From Chlamydiae bacterium RIFCSPHIGHO2_12_FULL_49_11 (GTDB taxonomy: Bacteria > Chlamydiota > Chlamydiia > Chlamydiales > 2-12-FULL-49-11): a DNA stretch of 21,128 nucleotides. Position numbers and translations under genes: made by a program. The notes below the pieces were generated by a model. It was given only the letters and a program-made list of their open reading frames with translations. It had not been told where the DNA came from and searched no databases. Positions 1 through 11,560 of this stretch are shown piece after piece; the stretch's first letter is position 1; each line of letters starts with the position of its first letter. The stretch is taken from NCBI GenBank assembly GCA_001794905.1, contig MGLW01000036.1, positions 1 through 21,128 of the forward strand, in the 5' to 3' direction.

Positions 1-304
1 CGACAAGGAGGATCACCGAATTGACCATGCCGAGGACGCGTTCCACCTCGCCGGAAAAGTCGGCGTGGCCCGGGGTGTCTATCAAGTTGATTTTATAACC
101 GTCGTAGATAAGTCCCGTATGCTTGGCGAAAATGGTGATACCGCGTTCGATCTCGAGAGAGTAGCTGTCGAGAGCGCGGACGCGAACCTGCTCATTTTCC
201 CGGAATACTTTGGACTGCTTGAGCAGGGCGTCCATCAGGGTCGTTTTACCGTGGTCAATATGGGCTACAATGGCAACATTGCGAATGTGTGTGGGATCGT
301 GCAT
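1..304 (-). CDS. typA: Translational GTPase TypA/BipA, N-terminal part (runs off the left edge)
   Basis: Not in the ORF track. Manual translation from ATG 304 gives [31 protein letters not shown]...ERGITIFAK...[23 protein letters not shown], with G1 (AHIDHGKTT), G2 (RGITI) and G3 (DTPGHADF) motifs. [10 protein letters not shown] is typical of TypA. GGAG lies upstream. Confidence 0.93.
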   Translation of the reverse strand, partial: MHDPTHIRNVAIVAHIDHGKTTLMDALLKQSKVFRENEQVRVRALDSYSLEIERGITIFAKHTGLIYDGYKINLIDTPGHADFSGEVERVLGMVNSVILLV

Positions 305-446
305 GGAATTGATTTCTCCGTTGGAAACTCGCATTGATAGTATCATACTCCTCCTTTCTAAACCACATAAATAAATAGGGTACAAGAAAAACCTTTCTAT
401 GTGATATGATAGGAATTCTTAAGACGTGGAATAGGGGTAGGATATT

Positions 447-758
447 TTGAAGAGGTGGGGTGGAGAGAAGTATGTGGCGGGAAGACCGGTACAAAATCTC
501 ATCCCCGGCTTTTTGAACCGTCTTTCAAAACGTTGTGATGAAAAACCGGACGAGATTTTTGCCCTCTTTTTTTCCCTTCTAGCCGAGGAAGAGAAGCCGT
601 TTGTCCGTTTTTTGAAGTGGGAAGAGGGGAAGCTATTTGTGAAAGTAACATCCCATACGCTCTATTCCCACCTCGTCCGTTACAGGAAAGAGGCGATTTT
701 GGCAAAACTATGTCAAATATGCTCCTTTGCTGAAATTAAAGAGATTATTTTTCGATAG
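447..758 (+). CDS. DciA/DUF721 family protein (putative helicase-loading accessory factor)
   Basis: About 100 aa directly upstream of gyrB, the usual DUF721 position. The GKLFVKVTSHTLYSHL...ILAKL...IKEIIFR pattern fits the DUF721 fold. The TTG start is uncertain. Confidence 0.7.
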   Translation: MKRWGGEKYVAGRPVQNLIPGFLNRLSKRCDEKPDEIFALFFSLLAEEEKPFVRFLKWEEGKLFVKVTSHTLYSHLVRYRKEAILAKLCQICSFAEIKEIIFR

Positions 759-3209
<2,451 letters not shown>

Positions 3210-3216
3210 GGAAGTT

Positions 3217-5673
3217 ATGAGTGATTTTTCAAGTTCCAATCCGGTAATCAACAGAGATGTCGAAGAAGAGCTTAAAACAAGCTATCTTAGGTATTCGATG
3301 TCGGTGATCATTTCACGCGCCCTGCCGGACGTGCGTGACGGGTTAAAACCTTCGCAAAGGCGCATTTTGTATGCGATGAGAAACCTCAACCTCAGTCCGG
3401 GAGCCAAACACCGGAAATGTGCGAAAATTGCCGGCGATACGTCAGGGGATTTCCACCCGCACGGAGAAACGGTGATCTATCCAACCCTGGTGCGCCTCGC
3501 GCAGCCGTGGATGATGCGCTACACCCTTATAAACGGGCAGGGGAACTTCGGTTCGATCGACGGCGACCCTCCCGCTGCCATGCGTTATACCGAGGCAAAA
3601 CTCACCTTTGCCGCGATGGCGCTCATGGACGATCTGGAAAAGGAAACTGTCGATTACGTTCCGAACTACGACGAAACAAAAAAGGAACCGGTCGTCTTTC
3701 CGTCTAAATTTCCGAATCTGATCGCGAACGGCTCTTCCGGGATCGCGGTCGGCATGGCCACCAATATTCCGCCCCACAACCTTACCGAGCTGATCAATGC
3801 GACGGTGGAAACGATCGACAACCCCGACATCACCGTTGAAGAAATCATGGGATACATGCCCGGACCCGATTTTCCGACCGGGGGGCTCATTGTCGGAACC
3901 CGCGGCATCAAAGAAGCATACCACACCGGCCGCGGGAAAGTTTACGTGCGTGCGCGCCTCCACGTGCAGGAAGACAAGAACGAAAAAGCGAAAATCATCA
4001 TCGACGAAATCCCTTACAATGTGAACAAGGCGTCTCTGATCATCAAAATTGCAGATTTGATCCATGACAAGGTGATCACCGGCATCTCCGATATCCGGGA
4101 CGAGTCGGATAAAGACGGACTCAGGATCGTAATCGAGCTCAAAAAAGGGGAAATTCCCGACGTCATCATCAATCAGCTGTACAAATTCACCGAAATGCAG
4201 GTGACTTTCGGCTGCAACATGCTCGCCCTCCATAGCGGCCTTCCGAAAACGATGAATATCAAAGAAATGATTAGTGCGTGGATTGACCATCGGATCGAAG
4301 TCGTACAGCGAAGGACGCGTCATGAACTCCGCAAAGCGGAAGCGCGCGCCCACATCCTGGAAGGCTATCTCAAGGCGCTCGACCATCTTGACCAGATCGT
4401 CGCTTTGATCCGAAAAAGCAAAGATAAGGCTGAGGCAAAGGCCGAACTCATGCAGCGGTATGCGCTCACCGACCGGCAGGCAGATGCCGTTCTCGAATTG
4501 AAATTGTACCAGCTTACCGCTCTCGAAAAAGAAAAACTCGAAAACGAGTACGACGAACTTCTTAAACGGATTGCCTACTTGCGGGACGTGCTGTCCGATG
4601 AGAAACTGGTGCGCGGCATCATCAAAGAAGAACTGACAGAACTCAAGAAACTCGACAAAGACGGAAGGCGTACCGAAATCGTGCCGAGCGAAGCTGAGGC
4701 GTTCGAAATGGAAGATTTGATTCCGAACGAAACGGTGATCATCACCCTTTCTTCCGACGATTACCTCAAACGGATGCCTCTTGATACATTCCGCGAGCAG
4801 CGGCGCGGCGGCCATGGAGTGATCGGACTCGACAAGAAAAAAGAGACTGACGAACTTTCCGGTGTCTACGTGTGCGGTACGCATGACTATTTGCTCGTCT
4901 TCACGACTCTCGGCCGTTGCCACTGGCTCAAGGGGTGGAATGTTCCGGAATCGTCCCGCAAATCGAAAGGGAAAGCGATCGTTAACATGCTGGAAGGGCT
5001 TGAAAAAGACGAGAGGGTGGCAAAAATCTTGACGGTGCAAAGCTTCTTGGATCGGGCTTCCATTTTACTGTGCACGAAGAAAGGGGTGATCAAGAAAAGC
5101 GATCTCGAGCTTTTCTCCAACCCGCGCCGCAAGGGGATCATTGCCGTCTCGATCGACGAAGGGGATGAAGTGATCGATGCCAAGCTCGTGCAAGAGGGAG
5201 ATCAGGTGATGCTCTTTACCCGTAATGGAATGGCTGTGCGCTTTAATGAAGATCTTATCCGAGCCGTAGGGCGCGGCGCACGCGGCGTGCGCGGCATCAC
5301 GCTCAGAGGTGTAGAAGACGCGGTTGTCTCGTGCGAGGTAGTGGTTCCTTCCGATTCGATCCTCATTGTCTGCGAAAACGGGTACGGGAAACGGTCGCAG
5401 GTGGAAGAATTCCGTCAGACAAACCGTGGCGGGGTCGGGGTTAGGTCGATCATCACTTCGGAAAGAAACGGAAAAGTGGTCGGAGCCATTTCGGTATCAG
5501 ATTCCGATAGCGTCCTCATGATGGCAAGGTCAGGTCAAACGATCCGCACCGCGATGCGAGAATTCCGCATCATGGGCCGCTCGACGCAAGGGGTGCGCGT
5601 TGTGCAGCTTTCGAACGGGGACTTGCTTGCGACGATGCAAAAGATTGCAAAAATTCAGGGCGTAGAGGAATAA
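3217..5673 (+). CDS. gyrA: DNA gyrase subunit A
   Basis: RALPDVRDGLKP, HPHGE, catalytic AAMRYTE, GyrA box QRRGGHG and beta-pinwheel repeats. The intact GyrA box indicates gyrase rather than ParC. Confidence 0.98.
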   Translation: MSDFSSSNPVINRDVEEELKTSYLRYSMSVIISRALPDVRDGLKPSQRRILYAMRNLNLSPGAKHRKCAKIAGDTSGDFHPHGETVIYPTLVRLAQPWMMRYTLINGQGNFGSIDGDPPAAMRYTEAKLTFAAMALMDDLEKETVDYVPNYDETKKEPVVFPSKFPNLIANGSSGIAVGMATNIPPHNLTELINATVETIDNPDITVEEIMGYMPGPDFPTGGLIVGTRGIKEAYHTGRGKVYVRARLHVQEDKNEKAKIIIDEIPYNVNKASLIIKIADLIHDKVITGISDIRDESDKDGLRIVIELKKGEIPDVIINQLYKFTEMQVTFGCNMLALHSGLPKTMNIKEMISAWIDHRIEVVQRRTRHELRKAEARAHILEGYLKALDHLDQIVALIRKSKDKAEAKAELMQRYALTDRQADAVLELKLYQLTALEKEKLENEYDELLKRIAYLRDVLSDEKLVRGIIKEELTELKKLDKDGRRTEIVPSEAEAFEMEDLIPNETVIITLSSDDYLKRMPLDTFREQRRGGHGVIGLDKKKETDELSGVYVCGTHDYLLVFTTLGRCHWLKGWNVPESSRKSKGKAIVNMLEGLEKDERVAKILTVQSFLDRASILLCTKKGVIKKSDLELFSNPRRKGIIAVSIDEGDEVIDAKLVQEGDQVMLFTRNGMAVRFNEDLIRAVGRGARGVRGITLRGVEDAVVSCEVVVPSDSILIVCENGYGKRSQVEEFRQTNRGGVGVRSIITSERNGKVVGAISVSDSDSVLMMARSGQTIRTAMREFRIMGRSTQGVRVVQLSNGDLLATMQKIAKIQGVEE

Positions 5674-5674
5674 A

Positions 5675-6298
5675 GTGCATGCGGGGATACTGATCACGCT
5701 GGAAGGGGGAGAAGGGGCGGGAAAATCTACCCTGGCCAAAAAGCTGTCTGAATTTCTCATGAAAGAAAAAAACCTCTTTGTTGTCACATCGAGAGAACCT
5801 GGAGGAACGGAACTGGGGAAGCGAATCCGGTCGATTCTTCTCGAAAAGGAAATGGCATTTCTTACCCCGCGGAGTGAATTTTTACTCTTTCAGGCCGACC
5901 GTGCCGAGCATGTGGAAACATTGATACTCCCTGCACTCGAGCAAGATATGATCGTGATTGTGGACAGGTTTACCGATTCGTCGCTCGTTTACCAGGCTCT
6001 CGCACTGGGGATAAGCTCCACTGACGAGTATGAACGGGTGTGCGATTTTGCCACCGGCGGGCTTGTTCCTAATTTGACTTTATACCTCGACCTCGATCCC
6101 GAAATCGGCCTTGCGCGGCTCAGCGGCCCAAAAGATCGGATCGAGAGCCACCATCTCGATTTTCACAAACAGGTGCGTGCCGGTTTTCAAGAGCTGCAAA
6201 AACGTCACCCGCACCGGATCAAACAAATCGATGCGAACTGTGATCCCGATTCGGTATTTGAGGAGGCCAAAAAATGGGTCTTGCAAGTACTGGCTTAA
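5675..6298 (+). CDS. tmk: Thymidylate (dTMP) kinase
   Basis: ITLEGGEGAGKST P-loop, REPGGT, DRFTDSSLVYQ and DRIE motifs. GTG start 1 nt after the gyrA stop. Confidence 0.96.
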   Translation: MHAGILITLEGGEGAGKSTLAKKLSEFLMKEKNLFVVTSREPGGTELGKRIRSILLEKEMAFLTPRSEFLLFQADRAEHVETLILPALEQDMIVIVDRFTDSSLVYQALALGISSTDEYERVCDFATGGLVPNLTLYLDLDPEIGLARLSGPKDRIESHHLDFHKQVRAGFQELQKRHPHRIKQIDANCDPDSVFEEAKKWVLQVLA

Positions 6299-7068
6299 TG
6301 CTTGGCCAAACCAAGGTCAAAGAGTTCCTTCGCTCCTGCACGGGAGCTCCTCCTTCCTGTCTTTTGCTGCACGGGCAAGCGGGGATCGGTAAACGGTCGT
6401 TTGCTAAAGTATTTGCTACGGCGGTGGCAAAGCCGGGAGATATCATCACCTACCGTGTCAATGAAGGTGAGAAGACTTATAGGATCGAAGATTTGCACGA
6501 GCTTAGGAAAGACGCTGCTTTCGGTCCCTCTATCGGTCCTTTCAAGTGTTACATACTCGAAGATTTTCACCGCCTCCTCCCGGTGCATCACAATTTTCTC
6601 CTGAAAACCCTAGAAGAAGTACGCGAAGATATCATTTTCATTCTCCTTGCCGACCATCTCGGGACGATTCCAAGCACCGTTCTTTCCCGCTGTTTTTGCC
6701 TCAAGCTGGAACCGTATTCCGATCTTGAAATCACGGAGGCCCTTGAACAGCGCGGCATCCGCCCAGATCCCGCCCTGGTCGGAGAAGCGGAAGGATCTAT
6801 CGGCGCCGCCCTCCGGTACCATACCGCGCCCTATATGCAGTGCAAAGAACTTCTGCTTGCCGGCATGGAAGCATATCGGAATCGCTCCTATAGCAAATTA
6901 TACCTCTTACTGGACCGGATCAAAGAATTATTTGAAGAGAATCTGTCTGAGAGTGAGGGGCTATTTGCCTACCTTGCGCGCTTTCTGAATGTTCCGATGG
7001 CGGCGGTTACCGGCTATGAACTGGGGGCAAACATCAAAAACTTTTTAGAATATGTTTTATTGTCCTAA
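6298..7068 (+). CDS. holB: DNA polymerase III delta' subunit (clamp loader), short form
   Basis: LLHGQAGIGK Walker-like motif, NFLLKTLEE and TIPSTVLSRC (SRC motif). Follows tmk. The ATG at 6298 overlaps the tmk stop (TAATG) and is preferred over 6274. Confidence 0.88.
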   Translation: MLGQTKVKEFLRSCTGAPPSCLLLHGQAGIGKRSFAKVFATAVAKPGDIITYRVNEGEKTYRIEDLHELRKDAAFGPSIGPFKCYILEDFHRLLPVHHNFLLKTLEEVREDIIFILLADHLGTIPSTVLSRCFCLKLEPYSDLEITEALEQRGIRPDPALVGEAEGSIGAALRYHTAPYMQCKELLLAGMEAYRNRSYSKLYLLLDRIKELFEENLSESEGLFAYLARFLNVPMAAVTGYELGANIKNFLEYVLLS

Positions 7069-7085
7069 AGCGGTATCATGCTTCC

Positions 7086-7487
7086 ATGTCACTAGTACAA
7101 ACAAAGCGGGAAATGGTCGTTCAAGGGGTGTATGCTTCCTTTTTCAAGGGAGCGCTTTCTCCGCCTGATCGCGACCTTTTGATGTTTCAGGCAAAAGTGA
7201 CACGTAAGAATGCGTTTGATGTCATGGAAAAAATTGAAAAAATTGCGCAGGTAGCCTCGGATCTCGAAGAGAAAATCCGCCCCATAGCCCTCTCTTATCC
7301 CCTTCAAAGGATTTCTCCCGTTGAAAAGGCCGTTTTGATGGTGATGCTATACGAAATCCTTTATGAAGATCTCCCTGTGGCCGTCGGGATCGATGAGGCG
7401 ATCCGCCTTATCGGAACCTTTAGTCATGAGGGGTCGCAACCCTTTGTGCATGCGATTATTGACCATGTTTGTGCCAAAAAAGAATGA
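7086..7487 (+). CDS. nusB: Transcription antitermination factor NusB (divergent)
   Basis: REMVVQGVY, LQRISPVEKAVL...YEI, PVAVGIDEAIRL...F and FVHAIID match the NusB pattern. The size (133 aa) fits. Confidence 0.85.
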   Translation: MSLVQTKREMVVQGVYASFFKGALSPPDRDLLMFQAKVTRKNAFDVMEKIEKIAQVASDLEEKIRPIALSYPLQRISPVEKAVLMVMLYEILYEDLPVAVGIDEAIRLIGTFSHEGSQPFVHAIIDHVCAKKE

Positions 7488-8355
7488 GCCCCTCTCCCTT
7501 CATACTACTTACAGGATCGGGGGACCTGCGCGCCTGTTTTTTGAAGCCCGTTCCGAGGAAGAGTTATTGTATGCCGTGGATTGGGCCGGCCGGGAAAAAG
7601 TTCAGACCTTCATATTGGGGAAAGGGTCGAATGTTCTCTTCGACGATCGCGGGTTCGACGGGCTTGTGATCGTGCCCCTCTTGGGATCTGTTTCCATAGA
7701 GGGACTCATCGTCGAAGCGGGGGCAGGGGTCAGTTTTTCCTACCTCGGCATAAAAACGGCGCGCCTTGGTTTGTCCGGACTGGAGTTTGCATCGGGCATT
7801 CCCGGCAGTGTCGGGGGAGCCGTGTTCATGAATGCCGGCGCGATGGGAGCCGAGGTGAGCGGCTCTCTCGTGAGCGTAGATGTGATCCGGGGGGGCGGCA
7901 CCATCACTCTTTTGAAGAGCGACGCCCGATTTGCTTACCGCTACTCGTCGTTTCAAGACGAAGGCGGCATCATCACAAAAGCGCGGTTTCAGCTCACGCG
8001 CGATCCGGAGGCGGCGGACCGGCAAAAAAAGTACCTGGCATACAGGATGCGTACCCAACCTTACGATAAGCCGTCATGCGGATCGGTATTTCGCAATCCT
8101 TCCGGGCTCTTTGCGGCGAAGCTGATTGAAACGGCAGGCATGAAAGGAAGAGGGGTGGGCGGAGCGGTCGTGAGTGAAAAACACGCCAATTTTATTCTCA
8201 ATACCGGAACGGCGACCGCAGGGGATGTTCTTTCTCTCATCGCTCTTGTTAGGGAGAAGGTGCAAGAACAAAGTGGCATTCTTTTGGATTGTGAAGTACA
8301 ATGCATCTCTTATGATGGACAGATACGATCTCCATACTCACACCACTTGTTCTGA
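7465..8355 (+). CDS. murB: UDP-N-acetylenolpyruvoylglucosamine reductase
   Basis: HTTYRIGGPA, GKGSNVL, GLEFASGIPGSVGGAVFMNAGA, YRYS, QP...SCGSVFRNP and SEKHANF. ATG 7465 (MFVPKKNEPL) fits homologue length better than 7363. Confidence 0.95.
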   Translation: MFVPKKNEPLSLHTTYRIGGPARLFFEARSEEELLYAVDWAGREKVQTFILGKGSNVLFDDRGFDGLVIVPLLGSVSIEGLIVEAGAGVSFSYLGIKTARLGLSGLEFASGIPGSVGGAVFMNAGAMGAEVSGSLVSVDVIRGGGTITLLKSDARFAYRYSSFQDEGGIITKARFQLTRDPEAADRQKKYLAYRMRTQPYDKPSCGSVFRNPSGLFAAKLIETAGMKGRGVGGAVVSEKHANFILNTGTATAGDVLSLIALVREKVQEQSGILLDCEVQCISYDGQIRSPYSHHLF

Positions 8356-9127
8356 CGGGTCGTATTCGCCCCGTGAGCTCATTGACCTGGCAGTCACGAA
8401 AGGACTTGCCGGCATTGCGATCACCGACCACGATACCATCGCCGCCTTTGCGCCTGAAGTGCTGGCCTATGCAAAAGCACATAAAATCGACCTATTGCAG
8501 GGGGTGGAAATTTCCGCTTATTACAAGGGGCAGGCCGTGCATATTCTTGCCTACGACTTCAAACTCGATGTGCCGGAGCTTCATGAATTTATTACACTGC
8601 AGGAAGAGCGGAGAAGGGTACGTGCCGAAGAGATTTTGGAAAAGCTGAGAGCGCATGGGTTTGAGATCACTTTTGCAGAACTGCAGCGGTCCCACGGCTC
8701 TCCTCTGGGAAGACCCCATATTGCCGCACTTCTCATCCGGAAAGGGGTAGTAGAAAACCTCGATGAAGCTTTTGCCCGGTTTTTAGGAGATAGCGCCCCC
8801 TGTTTTGTGCCGATGCGTCAGCCCGAAATTCCCGAGGCGTTAAGGATCATTCACGCAGCCGGCGGCAAGGCTTTCATTGCACATCCCCATTTCTATAACG
8901 ATTTTGAATTTGTCAAAGAGCTTGCGGCCTTCCATTTTGACGGAATCGAATGTTATTATGCCCGTTTCTCGTATCAGGTAAATATGCGTTACAAAAGGCT
9001 TGCAGAAAGGCGCAATTTGCTTGTCTCGGGCGGGTCCGATTTTCATGGACAAGGAAAACCGTTCAATGATTTGGGTGTCGCCTATCTCGAAAAAGCCAAT
9101 CTGTTTCCCCGTAAAAACTCTCTATAG
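8312..9127 (+). CDS. PHP-domain phosphoesterase, YciV/TrpH (RNase AM)-like
   Basis: DLHTHTTCSDG, AITDHDT, GVEIS, VHILAY, GRPHIA, AHP and SGGSDFHG. Likely start is ATG 8312 or 8315, overlapping the end of murB. Confidence 0.88.
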   Translation: MMDRYDLHTHTTCSDGSYSPRELIDLAVTKGLAGIAITDHDTIAAFAPEVLAYAKAHKIDLLQGVEISAYYKGQAVHILAYDFKLDVPELHEFITLQEERRRVRAEEILEKLRAHGFEITFAELQRSHGSPLGRPHIAALLIRKGVVENLDEAFARFLGDSAPCFVPMRQPEIPEALRIIHAAGGKAFIAHPHFYNDFEFVKELAAFHFDGIECYYARFSYQVNMRYKRLAERRNLLVSGGSDFHGQGKPFNDLGVAYLEKANLFPRKNSL

Positions 9128-9913
9128 ATGGAGGCAGGCGACTTCTTTGTACATGGAGTCGATGTCACCGATGCTCGGGTAAATCGACTCTTCAAAATAA
9201 TAGTGTGTCAGTTTGTGGGCTAAACCCAATAGGCCCTGCACAGCTTTCAAGCGTCCGGCCTTTTTCCTCAATGGGGATATTTCGAGGGAGCCCGAACACT
9301 CTTTTATATGCCAAAGCGCTTCACGTTGCATTTCTTGGGAAAGGAGTTCGAAGGCAAGACGGAACTCGGCCCATTTTTTGGTGTAGAGAAAAAATCCGAG
9401 TTCGAAAAGGGCTTCGGCATTTTCATAATCCTCTTGGAGAGGGGTGGGGGCAGTCGTTGTAAAACGGCATATTTTTCGGGACAGGACAGGCTCGATAAGA
9501 GGGAGCCCTTTTTCGGCCCGATTGAGGCAAATAGAAGCAAAGCGGAGAAAGCGCGCATTGTTTTGCGACGGGCGGTGTTCTTTTAAAAATTCACGGATGC
9601 GCCGCCGCAATCGAGAGATGTGCAAATGAAGCTCGTGCTGTGGAAGCTCGTTGCCATGAGCGGCAAGATGTTCTGCCGTTTCAGCAAATTCGAGGACGGT
9701 ATGCCGGTAAATTAGATTTGAGATACGCTGCGCTAATTTTTTGACGAGGTCGATCCCGTCCTGGGGCGGCATCTCATTGCACAAGAAAGGAGCAATTCCG
9801 TTTAAGGTCCGGCGGTATTTTTGTAGTGTGGAAAGGGGAAAGAGAATGCGATTATGAATTCCGGCATCGATCGAATCGAGTACAGGCTGTGCCGTAGGAA
9901 ATTTGATTAACAT
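9122..9913 (-). CDS. Hypothetical protein (263 aa, helical-looking)
   Basis: Long ORF with a near-consensus promoter upstream. Its stop overlaps the PHP gene stop. No family motif recognised. Confidence 0.75.
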   Translation of the reverse strand: MLIKFPTAQPVLDSIDAGIHNRILFPLSTLQKYRRTLNGIAPFLCNEMPPQDGIDLVKKLAQRISNLIYRHTVLEFAETAEHLAAHGNELPQHELHLHISRLRRRIREFLKEHRPSQNNARFLRFASICLNRAEKGLPLIEPVLSRKICRFTTTAPTPLQEDYENAEALFELGFFLYTKKWAEFRLAFELLSQEMQREALWHIKECSGSLEISPLRKKAGRLKAVQGLLGLAHKLTHYYFEESIYPSIGDIDSMYKEVACLHL

Positions 9914-9963
9914 CTCGTACCTTTTAGATAGTGTGAGTTAAGCCATATTTATCACCTTTAATG

Positions 9964-9992
9964 ATTATAAGCCATCAATTTATAAAAATCAA
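9964..9992 (-). promoter_or_regulatory. Sigma70/sigma66-type promoter for the 9122..9913 ORF
   Basis: Minus strand TTGATT (9992-9987), 17-nt spacer, TATAAT (9969-9964). Confidence 0.7.
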
Positions 9993-10027
9993 GAGGTAGC
10001 TTCATTTTGAAAAACATAACATACTGG

Positions 10028-10795
10028 TTAATAAGAAGAAAAGTAAAGCTCGTGAGCGGCGATTCTGGGAGAAGCAGTGGGATTCAATGCTTTACTTTGC
10101 GCAATCAATAAAAGTTTAAAAAAATCCATCATCATTTCAGCGGTTTTATATGCTGTGCGAAATGGCGTTGTGCCGCCCGGGGCGTGAGGGGCAAACAGAA
10201 GGTATCGACGGGTGAGGCCTCCCTGCGAAATGATTGTATAAGGGATTTGGGGTTTTTCTGCGTGGTTCAAGGAAAAAAACACCACAGTTGTCTGTTGTAA
10301 ATATTCCCCATTTCTAAACTCTACCGCGAACCGGGTCACGGTCTGATCGATGGATTGGGGATTAAATGGGATATAACGGGTGGTGGCAGGCATGGCGGCG
10401 CGGATCTCCCGGACCAGTGTTTCCATGGTGTAGGTTTCATCTACCCTTTCATAAAGCTTGGGGATGAGAACGAGACTTAAAAAATCGAGCGATTCCCCGA
10501 TGAAAATCTGCTTTATGCCCAGCTCGCAAAAGCGTGCCATTTTGGCAAAATTCTCGAGGATGAATTCGCGGTTTGCGGGATATCGTGCTTTGAGAAGCTC
10601 ATTTTCAAGGTGCATGACTGACTGTACTGAAGCCGGAGGAAGCAGGGGTGTCCGGAGCATTTCTTCCTGCGAAGGAGGTGGTTTAGCTTCGCTATCTTCT
10701 TTTTGCTCAATTCTCGCGTAGGGATGAAATTTCCCGCAGCAAGGGAAGAGTCGCGAACAAACAGATGAATTTTCCATGAAAAAAATTTTAACCAT
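10028..10795 (-). CDS. Hypothetical protein (255 aa)
   Basis: Long ORF 9 nt downstream of the methyltransferase gene. The N-terminus is rich in Pro, Ser and charged residues. No family recognised. The start may be 10795 or the second Met (10777). Confidence 0.7.
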   Translation of the reverse strand: MVKIFFMENSSVCSRLFPCCGKFHPYARIEQKEDSEAKPPPSQEEMLRTPLLPPASVQSVMHLENELLKARYPANREFILENFAKMARFCELGIKQIFIGESLDFLSLVLIPKLYERVDETYTMETLVREIRAAMPATTRYIPFNPQSIDQTVTRFAVEFRNGEYLQQTTVVFFSLNHAEKPQIPYTIISQGGLTRRYLLFAPHAPGGTTPFRTAYKTAEMMMDFFKLLLIAQSKALNPTASPRIAAHELYFSSY

Positions 10796-10804
10796 GTTGA
10801 AATA

Positions 10805-11353
10805 TTATTTCAAGAGCCAAAGTAAATAGGGGGCATGATTTTTGGGGCTGTCACGGTACACAATCACCCGGCCTCGAAAACTTTCAGAAAGCCAGTTGTC
10901 GATGGCTCCCGCTTCCTTCCTCCCCGTTTCATGGCCTGGATAGACCATGACCGACAAAGCTCCACCCGTCTCGAGAATTTCAAAAGAGCGGGCAAGGGCA
11001 ACAACGGTTGCTCCGGGGGTCGTCATCACGGCGGGATCGCCCGAAGGAAGAAAGCCCAAATTGAAGGTGATCAGTTTAGGGCGTATGTCGGGCGGCATTT
11101 CGACGTGAGAGCGGTTGTAGTAGTAGATTTTTGGGATGACATTTTCGGGAAGGCTGTTCTCCAGCCTTTTTTTGGTTTTTACGATAGCAGTTTCCTGTAT
11201 ATCAAAGAGATGAAGAGATCCGCTTTCGGGGGTGAGGCACAGTTTTGCAAGAACCAATCTGTCGTTTCCTCCGCCGCAAGTGGCGTCAACGGCACTATCA
11301 CCCGGGAAGAGGACCGTTTTAAAAAGGCCGTGGGCTTTATGAATCAGCTTCAT
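10805..11353 (-). CDS. SAM-dependent methyltransferase, YtqB/MnmM-like
   Basis: AVDATCGGGND, FDIQETAI, SH, FNLGFLP.GD and VYPGH..G..E are the YtqB family pattern. Confidence 0.85.
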   Translation of the reverse strand: MKLIHKAHGLFKTVLFPGDSAVDATCGGGNDRLVLAKLCLTPESGSLHLFDIQETAIVKTKKRLENSLPENVIPKIYYYNRSHVEMPPDIRPKLITFNLGFLPSGDPAVMTTPGATVVALARSFEILETGGALSVMVYPGHETGRKEAGAIDNWLSESFRGRVIVYRDSPKNHAPYLLWLLK

Positions 11354-11376
11354 CTCACTCTTATATCATATTTCCT

Positions 11377-11405
11377 TTTATAAAAATAGCTCTTGGTGAT
11401 ACGAT
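11377..11405 (+). promoter_or_regulatory. Putative promoter for tRNA-Val/infC operon
   Basis: TTTATA (11377-11382), 17-nt spacer, TACGAT (11400-11405) with extended -10 TG at 11397-11398. A GC-rich discriminator-like segment (CTTCCCGCG) follows. Confidence 0.45.
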
Positions 11406-11417
11406 CTTCCCGCGAGT

Positions 11418-11491
11418 GGGGTATTAGCTCAGTTGGTTAGAGCGCCACGTTGACATCGTGGAGGTCAGCTGTTCGAGTCAGCTATATCCCA
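11418..11491 (+). tRNA. tRNA-Val (anticodon GAC), CCA not encoded
   Basis: Acceptor GGGGTAT/ATATCCC, D arm GCTC-AGTTGGTTA-GAGC, anticodon arm CCACG-TTGACAT-CGTGG, T arm AGCTG-TTCGAGT-CAGCT, discriminator A followed by AAAA. Confidence 0.97.
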
Positions 11492-11497
11492 AAAACA

Positions 11498-11541
11498 GGT
11501 GCAAAAAAGTGAGAGTTCGTGATACTCTCCTTTTTAGCATC
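11498..11541 (+). terminator. Stem-loop between tRNA-Val and infC (terminator/attenuator-like)
   Basis: GGTGC-A-AAAAAG-T-GAGAGT-(TCGTGAT)-ACTCTC-CTTTTT-A-GCATC. The core hairpin is followed by a T5 tract. Confidence 0.55.
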
Positions 11542-11560
11542 AACCAAAGAAAGGAAAGAT

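Noticed and set aside
65-337. 90-aa plus-strand ORF in the track
   Set aside because: Antisense shadow of typA, which has clear GTPase motifs on the minus strand.
305-446. Replication origin or DnaA boxes upstream of dciA-gyrB
   Set aside because: Short divergent promoter region with no TTATCCACA-like box cluster seen.
3451-3492. GyrA QRDR HPHGETVIYP as a quinolone-resistance signal
   Set aside because: Thr at the Ser83-equivalent position occurs in susceptible wild-type gyrases, and the following VIYP is the usual chlamydial pattern.
3442-5040. 532-aa antisense ORF within gyrA (also 885..1667 in gyrB and 12393..13286 in rplT/pheS)
   Set aside because: Antisense to conserved genes, with no motifs and the composition typical of shadow ORFs caused by codon bias.
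5270-5296. Short tandem CGCGGC repeats
   Set aside because: These simply encode RGARGVRG in a GyrA pinwheel blade.
11418-11491. tRNA-Val as an island integration site
   Set aside because: No duplicated tRNA 3' end, integrase or foreign block was seen; core translation genes follow immediately.
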